DNA of 15,033 nucleotides, taken from Breznakia blatticola. GTDB taxonomy: Bacteria; Bacillota_I; Bacilli_A; Erysipelotrichales; Erysipelotrichaceae. The stretch lies in assembly GCF_004365815.1 (NCBI RefSeq), contig NZ_SODD01000054.1, forward strand, positions 1-15,033, in the 5' to 3' direction. Position 1 is the stretch's first letter, and each line of letters opens with the position of its first letter. Shown piece after piece: positions 1 to 8,057 of this stretch. The notes under the pieces are model-generated. The model saw only the letters and a program-made list of their open reading frames with translations. It ran no database searches and was not told the DNA's origin. The translations under genes and the position numbers were made by a program.

Positions 1-120
1 AGTATGTTGAGAATCAATAAACCCCGAACTTCTATATTGCAGGTGTTTATCTATAGGAGAAAACATCCCCTTGTTTTTGAATAGCTAATCTAAAAGCCCA
101 TGTTGCTGATAATACTCAAG

Positions 121-150
121 AAAAGGAAGATTTAGTTATCTTCCCTTTTT
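121..150. terminator. Hairpin terminator overlapping the stop codon of the DUF2130 gene; usable in both directions
   Basis: Perfect 7-bp inverted repeat GGAAGAT (125-131) / ATCTTCC (138-144) with a 6-nt loop. The loop contains the minus-strand stop codon (132-134). A T-run follows the hairpin on both strands: CTTTTT at 145-150 on +, and TTTTCTT on - reading from 124. Confidence 0.55.
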
Positions 151-1484
151 AGTTCATCAAATTTTGCTTTCATCGTAGGGTTTCCATGCGTTAGTTTTTT
201 GACAGTTAAGTCATTTGCTTTATTATTTGCTAGACGTAAGTTGTTCTCAGAAGAAAGTAGAGCATCTTTTGTTTTCTCCAGTTGCTTAATGGTTTTATCA
301 ATTCCATCAATGGCATCTTTAAAACGTTTACTTGCACGTTCATAATTTTTACCAAAGGCATCTTTAAAGGCATCTAATTCACTTTCAAAGTTGGTAATAT
401 CGATATTTTGTGCACGCATTTGTGCAACTTCCTGTTTGTAGGTAAGTGTGTTAAGTGCAGCATTGCGTAATAAACCGATGAGTGGAATAAAAAACTGCGG
501 ACGAATGACATACATCTTTGGATACTCATAAGACATATCTACGATTCCGTTGTTGTAGAAGTCATTGTCCATTTCTAACATTGAGACAAGCACAGCATAC
601 TCACAATTCTTTTTGGTACGATCACTATCTAATTTTTTTAGGTGATCTGTATTTTTCTTTTTTGTTGTAGTTTGATCTGCTTCATTTTTCATTTCAAACA
701 TAATCGAAATAACCTCATTACCCATATCATCAAACTCACGATAGATGTAATCACCTTTCGTACCTTCAACAGCTAAATTATCTTTTCCAAACTGTGCACT
801 TGGAAAGGCTGTCGCACGAATTTTATTGAATTCATTTTCACAGTATTGCTCAAGTGATTCTCCAATCATTTTTGTCGATTGACGTGCTTTGAAATCCTTA
901 TAGGTTTCAACTTCCTCTTGTTTCAGGCGCAATTGTAACTCATATGTCTCTTTTAATGTTTGTTTTTCTAATTCACTTTCACGTTCTTTCAAGGCAACTT
1001 CATGTTGTACTTTTTCCAACTTGTTTTGGTTTTCTAATTCTAAAGCATGGAGTTTATTTTTGAGCTCCAATAGTTCTTTGTCTTTATCAGAAAGTGCATC
1101 TTTGATTGCATATTCCTTTTCTTTATCAAGAGCTTCACTTTTTGCTTGAAGTTCAGATATTTTCGCTTGTTGATTTGCAATTTGTTCTTGCATTTCTTGT
1201 TGCGCTTTATGGACAGCAAGCTCCTTTTCTTGTGCGCTTGCATCGATTTTTGACTGTAAATCAAGTAACTCTTGCTCTTTCTTTGAAAGTTCTTGACGTA
1301 ATGTACCTTTTGCTTTTTCGTTTGCTAAATCCAAATCCTGTTGATGTTGTTTTTCTAATTGTTCGAGTTTTTCATGCAACTCTTGTGTAAATTCTTTATC
1401 TTTTACTTGTTTGAGAATATCGGCGTATCCAGCATCATCTAAAGCAAAGGTTTTGTGACAATGTGGACATTGTATGTTATGCAT
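132..1484 (-). CDS. DUF2130-like protein: N-terminal CxxC(H) zinc knuckle, long coiled coil, PD-(D/E)xK nuclease-like core, C-terminal helical tail
   Basis: 450-aa ORF with a strong RBS (AAGGAGG 7 nt upstream of the ATG, minus strand). The N-terminus reads [13 protein letters not shown]. Residues ~30-200 are E/K/Q/L heptad-rich. The core carries GES(208-210), GD245YIY and FE264MK266, a D...ExK restriction-endonuclease-fold pattern. The overall layout matches my memory of the DUF2130 family and resembles RmuC. Confidence 0.85.
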   Translation of the reverse strand: MHNIQCPHCHKTFALDDAGYADILKQVKDKEFTQELHEKLEQLEKQHQQDLDLANEKAKGTLRQELSKKEQELLDLQSKIDASAQEKELAVHKAQQEMQEQIANQQAKISELQAKSEALDKEKEYAIKDALSDKDKELLELKNKLHALELENQNKLEKVQHEVALKERESELEKQTLKETYELQLRLKQEEVETYKDFKARQSTKMIGESLEQYCENEFNKIRATAFPSAQFGKDNLAVEGTKGDYIYREFDDMGNEVISIMFEMKNEADQTTTKKKNTDHLKKLDSDRTKKNCEYAVLVSMLEMDNDFYNNGIVDMSYEYPKMYVIRPQFFIPLIGLLRNAALNTLTYKQEVAQMRAQNIDITNFESELDAFKDAFGKNYERASKRFKDAIDGIDKTIKQLEKTKDALLSSENNLRLANNKANDLTVKKLTHGNPTMKAKFDELKREDN

Positions 1485-1508
1485 ATCTATACCTCCTTAA
1501 TTGATTGT

Positions 1509-1517
1509 ATTATACCA
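1509..1517 (-). promoter_or_regulatory. Candidate extended -10 promoter (TGgTATAAT) for the DUF2130 gene
   Basis: The minus strand reads TGGTATAAT about 12 nt upstream of the AAGGAGG RBS. There is no good -35, which is tolerated with a TGn extension in low-GC Gram-positives. Confidence 0.35.
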
Positions 1518-1631
1518 TTAATCGTGTCCGTTTATTTGTACAGACTTCAAAAGAATTGTAAAAATGTATATATAGTTTTAGGATGCATGGCATACATGAC
1601 TTAATAAAAATTAGTGCATGTAAAAAAGGGG

Positions 1632-1660
1632 ATGGCAATGTAACCTATTTTTGATACAAT
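1632..1660 (+). promoter_or_regulatory. Candidate promoter for the MATE gene (ATGGCA -35, TGaTACAAT extended -10)
   Basis: TACAAT lies at 1655-1660 with TG at 1652-1653. A -35-like ATGGCA lies at 1632-1637, giving a 17-nt spacer. The element sits 30 nt upstream of the start codon. Confidence 0.35.
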
Positions 1661-1690
1661 AATAGACAAGTAAAGATTGGGGATGAAATT

Positions 1691-3052
1691 ATGAATGGAG
1701 TGTCAAAAAGCGAGTCCACGTCCATGACTGAAGGACCCATTTGGCAAAAAATCGTATTCTTTGCGATGCCATTGTTTTTAGGGAATACATTTCAACAGTT
1801 ATATAATGCGGCAGATTCCTTGATTGTAGGTAACTTTTTAGGATCAAGTGCTCTTGCTGCTGTAAGTTCGTCAGGAAATTTAATATTTCTAATGGTTGGT
1901 TTCTTTAATGGAATTGCGATGGGAGCAGGAGTTGTTATTGCACGTTTCTTTGGGGCAAAAGATTATGATAGTATGTCTAGATCAATTCATACAACAATTG
2001 CTTTTGGTTTAGTTGCTGGTGTGTTATTAACGATACTAGGAACATGGTTAGCTCCAATAATGCTGGATTTGATGGGAACACCAGAGAAAGTCATGCCACA
2101 GAGTATTGAATATTTTAGGATATATTTTATTGGTTCTCTAGGGTTAGTCATGTACAATATTTTTGTTGGGATATTGCAAGCGATAGGGGATAGTAAACAT
2201 CCACTATACTACTTAATTATTTCTTCATTAATCAATGTTGTACTTGATTTATTTTTTATCGCTGTGTTAGGTATGGGTGTTGGTAGTGCCGCTATAGCTA
2301 CAATCATCGCACAATTTGTTAGTGCTTTATTATGTTTGCATCGTCTAACAAGAACCGACGATGTATATAAAGTAAATTTGCGTGAAGTACGTTTTCATAA
2401 AGAAGAGTTTAAATTAATTATTGATTATGGATTACCTTCAGGATTCCAAAATTCGATTATAGCGATTGCAAATGTAGTGGTGCAAAGTAATATTAACTTT
2501 TTTGGTGAAAATGCAATGGCAGGATGTGGAGCATTCTCAAGAATTGAAGGTTTTGCTTTCTTACCAATTTCTAGTTTTACAATGGCCTTAACAACTTTTG
2601 TTGGTCAAAACCTAGGGGCTGAAAACTATGAACGTACCAAAAAAGGTGCTAAGTTTGGTATGATATGTTCAGTCATACTTGCCGAAGTTATTGGAATCTT
2701 AGTATTTATATTTGCACCTGTACTTATTGCATTATTCAATAATGAGCCTGAAGTAGTGGCTTTTGGTACAGATCGAGCACGAACAGCAAGTTTGTTTTTT
2801 TGCTTGCTAGCGTACTCGCATTGTATATCTGCTATTTTAAGGGGAGCAGGAAAAAGCTTTGTACCAATGATCGTGATGATGATTTGCTGGTGTTTGATCC
2901 GTGTAAGTTTTTTAACGATAATGGGATACTTCTTCGAAAGTATTGTTAGTGTATACTGGGTATATCCACTAACGTGGGGACTAAGTAGTCTTTGCTTCTT
3001 TGTATATTATCACAAAGTTGATTGGATGCATGGATTTAAAAAAGAAGCATAG
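1691..3052 (+). CDS. MATE family multidrug/toxic-compound efflux transporter
   Basis: 453-aa polytopic membrane protein. The N-terminus (PIWQKIVFFAMPLFLGNTFQQLYNAADSLIVGNFLGSSALAAVS) is the typical MatE-domain opening, and a second MatE-like half starts around IIDYGLPSGFQNS. RBS GGGGA lies 7 nt upstream. Confidence 0.9.
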   Translation: MNGVSKSESTSMTEGPIWQKIVFFAMPLFLGNTFQQLYNAADSLIVGNFLGSSALAAVSSSGNLIFLMVGFFNGIAMGAGVVIARFFGAKDYDSMSRSIHTTIAFGLVAGVLLTILGTWLAPIMLDLMGTPEKVMPQSIEYFRIYFIGSLGLVMYNIFVGILQAIGDSKHPLYYLIISSLINVVLDLFFIAVLGMGVGSAAIATIIAQFVSALLCLHRLTRTDDVYKVNLREVRFHKEEFKLIIDYGLPSGFQNSIIAIANVVVQSNINFFGENAMAGCGAFSRIEGFAFLPISSFTMALTTFVGQNLGAENYERTKKGAKFGMICSVILAEVIGILVFIFAPVLIALFNNEPEVVAFGTDRARTASLFFCLLAYSHCISAILRGAGKSFVPMIVMMICWCLIRVSFLTIMGYFFESIVSVYWVYPLTWGLSSLCFFVYYHKVDWMHGFKKEA

Positions 3053-3071
3053 TGTGTTTTGAGTAAAGAAC

Positions 3072-3099
3072 TTCCAACCGTAGATATTCGTGCTATACT
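3072..3099 (+). promoter_or_regulatory. Candidate promoter (TGcTATACT extended -10) for the UPF0158-like gene
   Basis: TATACT lies at 3094-3099 with TG at 3091-3092. A weak -35 TTCCAA lies at 3072-3077, giving a 16-nt spacer. I found no terminator between the MATE gene and this site, so read-through is also possible. Confidence 0.3.
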
Positions 3100-3141
3100 A
3101 AAAATAGTAGAAGGATATGATCGTTAAAAGGGGGTATATTT

Positions 3142-3558
3142 ATGCAAATTTCAAAAGACGATTTATTCAGAGCGTTTTGTGATATCGATGATGTAGACGG
3201 AATGTACTACAATACAGATGATCAAACAATTATGGTGGATGATGGAGATGGTCTCTTTTATGATGACGAAGTATATACTGTTGAAGATTTTGTCAGTCAA
3301 TATGGAGATATTTTAATCCCACTTCCAAGTTCAAGAGAAATGAATGAAGCTAGTGTTGCGCGCGCTTTCATTAAACAAGAGCATGATGAAGCAAACCGAC
3401 AAATGCTAGTTGATGCTTACAATAATGGTGGGCTTACTGGTTTTTTAGGAAAATTAAATGAATACAAAATGCAAAAATTATATCTTGAGTTCAAGCAACA
3501 AATCCAAAGAGATGAAGCCTTAGAGTGGGCAAAAGATAATGATATCGATGTGGTATAA
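3142..3558 (+). CDS. Small acidic hypothetical protein, UPF0158-like
   Basis: 138-aa ORF with RBS AGGGGG 7 nt upstream. The N-terminal half is very D/E-rich (DIDDVDGMYYNTDDQTIMVDDGDGLFYDDEVYTVEDF). The C-terminal half (LIPLPSSREM...AYNNGGLTGFLGKL...EALEWAKDNDI) parallels the UPF0158 pattern I recall: PlPS..., GrGAFRRFK, ...A.eWL...gi. Confidence 0.7.
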   Translation: MQISKDDLFRAFCDIDDVDGMYYNTDDQTIMVDDGDGLFYDDEVYTVEDFVSQYGDILIPLPSSREMNEASVARAFIKQEHDEANRQMLVDAYNNGGLTGFLGKLNEYKMQKLYLEFKQQIQRDEALEWAKDNDIDVV

Positions 3559-3565
3559 AAGAAAG

Positions 3566-3593
3566 TCAGGCATAATGAATGCTTGATTTTTTT
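3566..3593 (+). terminator. Rho-independent terminator after the UPF0158-like gene
   Basis: Stem TCAGGCAT (3566-3573) / ATGCTTGA (3579-3586) is 8 bp with one G-U pair. The loop is AATGA and is followed by T7 (3587-3593). Confidence 0.65.
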
Positions 3594-3658
3594 GTACATT
3601 TCTTTGATTTGTATATATGCGTCATACCATGTAAAATAAAATAAGAGGGGTTTAACAT

Positions 3659-4828
3659 ATGAATGAAAAAACAGGGGTTAATCAAAATAAAATTATTGAA
3701 GATGCAATTCGCATGTATGATGCGGGGTTAGTTGTACTTCAAGAAAAAGAAGAAGACACATATAAATTTATTGTCGATGGGCAAAATGTAGTCGTAAATA
3801 GCTTTACAGAAGAAATCTTACATTGTGATTGTGGAGCATGTACTCCATATGCAGATTGCGTACATGCAATTGCTGCATTACTTTGGATTGGAGATCAAGA
3901 AAGCGATAATGACCTTGAAAATTTAGAGGTGGATTATGACATTATTGAACTCGTGGAAAGTACCGATTATGAGTTTGTAAAACAGTTTGCATGTGCCGTA
4001 TTGCATGATAATCCAAGTTTGGTAGAAATGTTTAAAGCGATACGTGATGAACGAGATGAATTGCTTGATGAAATAGAGAATACAAGCTTCATGCATACAT
4101 TAGAAGTATTATTTAATCGCTACCGTAATAGTGATGATACATACTATAATGTTGATGGATTGCTCGATGATTTAGATGCAATTGTCGACGAAGAAGCAAA
4201 AAGTTTAATCGAAGATGAACAAATGTCATCTGTACTTGAAATGGCGAAAATCGTCCACATGTTTTTGATGAATATCGATGAAGCGTATATGGAACGTGTT
4301 GGCATGTCATATGACCATCTGTTGGGGTATGTAGGTAAGTTTTCACGCAAACTACCAGCTAGAGAAAAAGATGATGTGTTTACAGCACTAAAGGAAATCG
4401 TTGTTGAGTATGGATTTGGTACATATACCTATGTAGCAGAGGATGTGTTTATAGAAGAGTTTTCAGACGTCAAATATTTAAAAGAAAAGATTGATGTTTG
4501 TTTTGAGAAAATACAAGAGAGTGCCATGCTTGATGATAAAGATATGAATGATATGTTATATTCACGATGGATGAGTAATATCGTTGGATTATACTTGCAA
4601 GCAGGATATGGTTTAGAAGATATCCAAGAAAAAGTAAAAGATGAGTATGACAATACAATGACAAGAGCGATTCTTATCGAAGCTGGAAAAAAGACAAAGG
4701 CATACCCATTTGTAAAACAAGTACTGATGGATTCTATTGCATTGGATCAACAGCATAGTTATCTTGTGAAGAAGTATGAAAAAGAATTGGAACGAATTAA
4801 TAAATTAAATGGAACACAGTTAAATTAG
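3659..4828 (+). CDS. SWIM zinc-finger domain protein with a long acidic helical C-terminal region; function unknown
   Basis: 389-aa ORF with RBS AGAGGGG 8 nt upstream. The N-terminal segment LHCDCGACTPYADCVHAIAALLW fits the SWIM signature CxCx(n)CxH followed by a hydrophobic helix. I did not recognise the remaining ~300 aa. Confidence 0.8.
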   Translation: MNEKTGVNQNKIIEDAIRMYDAGLVVLQEKEEDTYKFIVDGQNVVVNSFTEEILHCDCGACTPYADCVHAIAALLWIGDQESDNDLENLEVDYDIIELVESTDYEFVKQFACAVLHDNPSLVEMFKAIRDERDELLDEIENTSFMHTLEVLFNRYRNSDDTYYNVDGLLDDLDAIVDEEAKSLIEDEQMSSVLEMAKIVHMFLMNIDEAYMERVGMSYDHLLGYVGKFSRKLPAREKDDVFTALKEIVVEYGFGTYTYVAEDVFIEEFSDVKYLKEKIDVCFEKIQESAMLDDKDMNDMLYSRWMSNIVGLYLQAGYGLEDIQEKVKDEYDNTMTRAILIEAGKKTKAYPFVKQVLMDSIALDQQHSYLVKKYEKELERINKLNGTQLN

Positions 4829-4844
4829 AATAGGAGAATAAGTT

Positions 4845-5366
4845 ATGGATCATGAAGTAAATATTCATGAAGTATTGCAACTTGCTGGATATGATATCTT
4901 TCAAGGAAAAAGCGCATTACTTACAGCAGGAGGAAAAGATCATTTCAATATGATGACGATTGGTTGGGGAACTGTTGGGATTATATGGAATAAAAAAGTG
5001 GCAACAACCTATGTTCGAAGAAATCGATTTACCTACAATTTTATGTTGGCGAATGATTTTTTCACCATTAGTATGTTTGATGAAAGCTATGAGAAAGACT
5101 TATTATATCTAGGTCAAACTTCAGGTAAAGATGGAAATAAACTTGCTAATACTTCATTGCACGCATATGAATATAAAGAAGGCATTATGGCTTACAAAGA
5201 GGCAGACATCACACTTGTTTGTCGTAAGTTACATGTGCAAGACTTATCCATAGTGAATCATGAAATTCATAATCAATTCTATACAGTTGAACCTGTACAT
5301 ACAGAGATCATGGGTGAAGTGATTGCTGTTATTGATAATCGAAGTAAAGATAAAACTAATAAATAG
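4845..5366 (+). CDS. Flavin reductase-like (FMN-binding split-barrel) family protein
   Basis: 173-aa ORF with RBS AGGAG 8 nt upstream and only 16 nt after the SWIM gene stop, so likely co-transcribed. FNMMTIGWGTVGIIWNKKVATTYVRRNRFTYNFMLANDFFTISMF is characteristic of the Flavin_Reduct-type small proteins common in anaerobic Firmicutes. Confidence 0.8.
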   Translation: MDHEVNIHEVLQLAGYDIFQGKSALLTAGGKDHFNMMTIGWGTVGIIWNKKVATTYVRRNRFTYNFMLANDFFTISMFDESYEKDLLYLGQTSGKDGNKLANTSLHAYEYKEGIMAYKEADITLVCRKLHVQDLSIVNHEIHNQFYTVEPVHTEIMGEVIAVIDNRSKDKTNK

Positions 5367-5397
5367 TTTTCTTTTCAACAAATTACAGTCTTGGTAC

Positions 5398-5425
5398 TTG
5401 TAATTTATAATTAAGGTGATATAAT
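5398..5425 (+). promoter_or_regulatory. Sigma-A-type promoter for the L-box leader (TTGTAA-16-TGaTATAAT)
   Basis: -35 TTGTAA lies at 5398-5403. A consensus -10 TATAAT lies at 5420-5425 with a TGn extension at 5417-5418, giving a 16-nt spacer. The implied start site is ~15-20 nt upstream of the riboswitch P1 helix. Confidence 0.55.
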
Positions 5426-5447
5426 CACATCAACAATCAAATATTTT

Positions 5448-5601
5448 GATAGAGGTTGCAAATCTTTAGAATCTATAAGTAGAAGACATTCAGTGACTTA
5501 TAGAAGGCGGAAATTTGCCGAATATTATGTGTAGGTATATGCATGATATGGGGGTATGGCGAAGAACCATATCACTGTTTACGTTATGTAAGAGCGCTAT
5601 C
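5448..5601 (+). promoter_or_regulatory. Lysine riboswitch (L-box / LYS element) aptamer
   Basis: Conserved L-box blocks appear in the correct order. GATAGAGGTTGC matches B. subtilis lysC GAUAGAGGUGCG. AGTAG, GAAGG and TGCCGAA (cf. CGCCGAAG) follow. TGGGGGTATGG-CGAAGA-ACCATATCACTGT matches T. maritima CUGGGGGUAUGG..CCAUACCACUGUCA. Next comes a short hairpin TTAC-GTTAT-GTAA. P1 closes by GATAG (5448-5452) pairing with CTATC (5597-5601). Confidence 0.85.
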
Positions 5602-5616
5602 TACTTTTCATTTTCT

Positions 5617-5651
5617 ATGTCAGTAGGCTTGTGCTTTTGCTGGCATTTTTT
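5617..5651 (+). terminator. Putative riboswitch expression-platform terminator
   Basis: ATGTCAG (5617-5623) pairs with CTGGCAT (5640-5646), 7 bp with one G-U pair. The T-run spans 5646-5651 (its first T, 5646, is the last base of the stem), just before the RBS GGAGG (5656-5660). The loop is large (16 nt), so the fold is only moderately convincing. Confidence 0.45.
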
Positions 5652-5667
5652 AGTTGGAGGATATAGG

Positions 5668-7236
5668 ATGAAAAAATTACGATTGGGCTTTCTTTGCTTA
5701 TTTGCACTTGCAATGCTAGTGGGATGTCAAGAACAGAAAGCACGAGTAAATGACGAAAATACATTTGTTGTTGGAATGGAGTGTAACTATACACCATTTA
5801 ACTGGCAAACAATGAACGCTACAGATACATCAGTATCAATTGGTGGTGCGGGATATTGTGATGGGTATGATGTTATGATTGCTCAAAATATTGCCGATAA
5901 ACTAGGACAAGAAATTGAAATCAAAAAGCTTTCATGGGAAGGGTTGCTACCTGCACTAGAATCTGGTGAAATTGATGCAATTATTGCAGGTATGACAGCA
6001 GATGAAACTAGAGAAAAAGGAATTGATTTTACAACACCATACTATGAATCAGAAATGGTTATGATTACTCGTGGTGATGGGGAAGAAGCGAGTTATGATG
6101 ATATTCAACAATTTGGTGGAAAAAACATCATTGGTCAAAAAAGCACAAACTACGATACCGTCATTGATCAAATAGAAAATGTACAGCATGCTACACCAAA
6201 AGCGACATATCCTGAGATGGTTGTTGCTTTACAAAAACATGAAGTGGATGGAATTACAGCGGAACTTCCAGTTGCGCAAGGAGTTGTCGCATCAAACCCA
6301 GATTTAACGATTGTGCACTTTGCAGAAGATAAAGGCTTTGATATTGATACAAGTGTTTCCATTGGATTGAAAGAAGGAAGTCGTGGAGCAGAGTTCTATG
6401 AAAAAGTTCAAAAAGCTCTTGATGAAATTAGTGATGAACAGCGTGTTGGATACATGGAATCCGCACGTAAAAATCAACCTGAAACAGGTGAACCAACAGA
6501 TGGTATTGCTATTAAAGATCAAGGGTTCTTCGCGAAAGTAACAAATATCGCAAAAGAGTATTGGCCATTATTTGCTTATGGTGTACAAATTACGTTGATT
6601 TTAGCTTTTGTAGGTACATTATTTGGATTACTTATTGGACTACTACTTGGAACATTGCGTAGCTTCACAGTTGAAGAAAGTGATTCCTTGCTTGTAAAAA
6701 TATGTAAAAAGATTAGTCATGCATTTGTAGGTTTTTATGTTTGGGTGCTTCGTGGTACGCCAATGATGGTTCAAGCATTCTTCCTATACTATTTACTAAA
6801 ACCAATCCTACAATGGACACCATTAACAGCTGGTATGATTATTATTTCTGTAAATACAGGAGCATACATGGCAGAAATCATTCGTTCAGGGATTCAATCA
6901 ATTGATAAAGGACAAACAGAAGGTGCACGTAGTATTGGAATGACAAACCTACAAACAATGATGTTTATCATTTTACCGCAAGCGATTAAAAATCAATTAC
7001 CTTCAATTGGAAATCAATTAATTGTAAATATTAAGGATAGTAGTATGTTAAATGTAATCGGTGTTGTTGATTTATACTTCCAATCAACAAGTGTTGCTGG
7101 TTCAGTATATCAATTCTCAGAAACATTCTTTGTTACTAGTTTGGTCTACTTATTCCTTACAACGATTGCTACGGTGATTTTAAATCTAATTGAAAAACGT
7201 ATGGGACATCCAAAAACGTTAGAAAGAGGAGTGTAA
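5668..7236 (+). CDS. Amino-acid ABC transporter, fused substrate-binding lipoprotein + permease (candidate lysine importer, LysX-type)
   Basis: I place the start at ATG 5668 (RBS GGAGG 7 nt upstream) rather than 5515. [20 protein letters not shown] is a lipoprotein signal peptide with lipobox LVGC. A polar-amino-acid-binding domain follows ([14 protein letters not shown]..., IDAIIAGMT). The permease half carries the EAA-type region ([28 protein letters not shown]). It lies directly downstream of the L-box. Confidence 0.9.
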   Translation: MKKLRLGFLCLFALAMLVGCQEQKARVNDENTFVVGMECNYTPFNWQTMNATDTSVSIGGAGYCDGYDVMIAQNIADKLGQEIEIKKLSWEGLLPALESGEIDAIIAGMTADETREKGIDFTTPYYESEMVMITRGDGEEASYDDIQQFGGKNIIGQKSTNYDTVIDQIENVQHATPKATYPEMVVALQKHEVDGITAELPVAQGVVASNPDLTIVHFAEDKGFDIDTSVSIGLKEGSRGAEFYEKVQKALDEISDEQRVGYMESARKNQPETGEPTDGIAIKDQGFFAKVTNIAKEYWPLFAYGVQITLILAFVGTLFGLLIGLLLGTLRSFTVEESDSLLVKICKKISHAFVGFYVWVLRGTPMMVQAFFLYYLLKPILQWTPLTAGMIIISVNTGAYMAEIIRSGIQSIDKGQTEGARSIGMTNLQTMMFIILPQAIKNQLPSIGNQLIVNIKDSSMLNVIGVVDLYFQSTSVAGSVYQFSETFFVTSLVYLFLTTIATVILNLIEKRMGHPKTLERGV

Positions 7237-7237
7237 T

Positions 7238-7969
7238 ATGGATACTACAATTATTAAGGTTGAGCATTTAAAGAAATCGTTTGGTAAACAAGAAGTCTTA
7301 AAAGATGTAAATTTCCATATTGATAAAGGGGAAGTCATCAGTATTCTTGGATCTAGTGGAAGTGGGAAAAGTACACTACTTCGTTGCATTAACTTATTAG
7401 AAAATCCTGATGGAGGATGTATTTACTTCCATGATAAAGATGTGAAAAGTCTAGAGTTAAACCAATATCGTTCAAAAGTTGGGATGGTATTTCAGAGTTT
7501 TAACTTATTCGATAATATGAATGTTTTAGAAAACTGTATGATAGGACAAATCAAAGTTCTAAAAAGAAACAAACAAGAAGCGAAAGAAAAAGCGATGTTG
7601 TATTTAGAAAAAGTTGGTATGAGTGACTTTGCTTCTAAGCCTAGTACACAACTATCTGGAGGACAGAAACAACGTGTCGCAATCGCACGTGCATTATGTA
7701 TGGATCCAGAAGTATTGCTGTTTGATGAACCAACTAGTGCACTTGACCCAGAAATGGTTGAAGAAGTATTAAAGGTTATTCAAGACTTAGCAAAGGAAGG
7801 TCTAACGATGGCGATTGTTACACACGAAATGCAATTTGCTAAAGATGTAAGTAAACGAATCATCTTTATGGATCAAGGAGTAATTGTAGAAGAAGGAACT
7901 CCTGAAGAAGTGTTTGAACATACGAAACATGATCGAACAAAAGCTTTTTTACATCGTTTTAAACAATAA
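7238..7969 (+). CDS. Amino-acid ABC transporter ATP-binding protein (GlnQ-like; LysY-type partner)
   Basis: 243 aa, starting 1 nt after the permease stop, with RBS AGGAG inside the upstream gene end. Walker A is GSSGSGKST, the signature is [15 protein letters not shown], Walker B is [11 protein letters not shown] and the H-loop is VTHEM. Confidence 0.95.
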   Translation: MDTTIIKVEHLKKSFGKQEVLKDVNFHIDKGEVISILGSSGSGKSTLLRCINLLENPDGGCIYFHDKDVKSLELNQYRSKVGMVFQSFNLFDNMNVLENCMIGQIKVLKRNKQEAKEKAMLYLEKVGMSDFASKPSTQLSGGQKQRVAIARALCMDPEVLLFDEPTSALDPEMVEEVLKVIQDLAKEGLTMAIVTHEMQFAKDVSKRIIFMDQGVIVEEGTPEEVFEHTKHDRTKAFLHRFKQ

Positions 7970-7994
7970 TAAAAATGAATGTATATAATGAATG

Positions 7995-8023
7995 AAGCTC
8001 ATGCTTATGTGTGGGCTTTTTTT
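7995..8023 (+). terminator. Rho-independent terminator of the L-box ABC operon
   Basis: AAGCTCATGC (7995-8004) pairs with GTGTGGGCTT (8009-8018), 10 bp including G-U pairs, with loop TTAT. The T-run extends to 8023. Confidence 0.65.
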
Positions 8024-8057
8024 ATGTTTATGCTTATAATGAATAGAGGAGAAGTGA

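Noticed and set aside
1-84. Edge ORFs: a + strand frame open from position 1 to TAG at 82-84 (…RINKPRTSILQVFIYRRKHPLVFE*) and a competing minus-strand ORF starting at ATG 66-64 (MFSPIDKHLQYRSSGFIDSQHT…)
   Set aside because: Both are under 30 codons inside the window, and I recognise no family in either. The bidirectional hairpin at 121-150 slightly favours a convergent + strand gene end. The minus-strand ATG has its G-run directly abutting the start (poor SD spacing). This is not enough to call either.
1485-1690. Looked for a guanidine (ykkC) or other riboswitch or T-box in the 206-nt region upstream of the MATE efflux gene
   Set aside because: I found no ykkC-type conserved blocks, no T-box sequence and no terminator/antiterminator pair. 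The space is explained by two divergent promoters.
5380-5406. Hairpin AAATTACA / TGTAATTT after the flavin-reductase-like gene as a terminator
   Set aside because: The stem is almost entirely A-T (a single G-C pair), the loop is 9 nt and there is no clean U-tract. It also overlaps the -35 of the L-box promoter. It is plausible but too weak to call.
5416-5428. Second palindrome GTGATATAATCAC (GTGA-N5-TCAC) over the -10 of the L-box promoter, with the same half-sites as the 10942-10955 operator candidate
   Set aside because: The spacer is one base shorter (N5, not N6), which breaks CRP-family dyad geometry. Most of the symmetry comes from the TATAAT box itself. It is worth including in an EMSA as a control but is not supportable as a site.
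5515-5667. 51-codon N-terminal extension of the ABC binding-protein/permease ORF (MPNIMCRYMHDMGVWRR...)
   Set aside because: It lies over the lysine riboswitch aptamer and its terminator and has no RBS. The internal ATG at 5668 has a GGAGG RBS and begins a textbook lipoprotein signal peptide.
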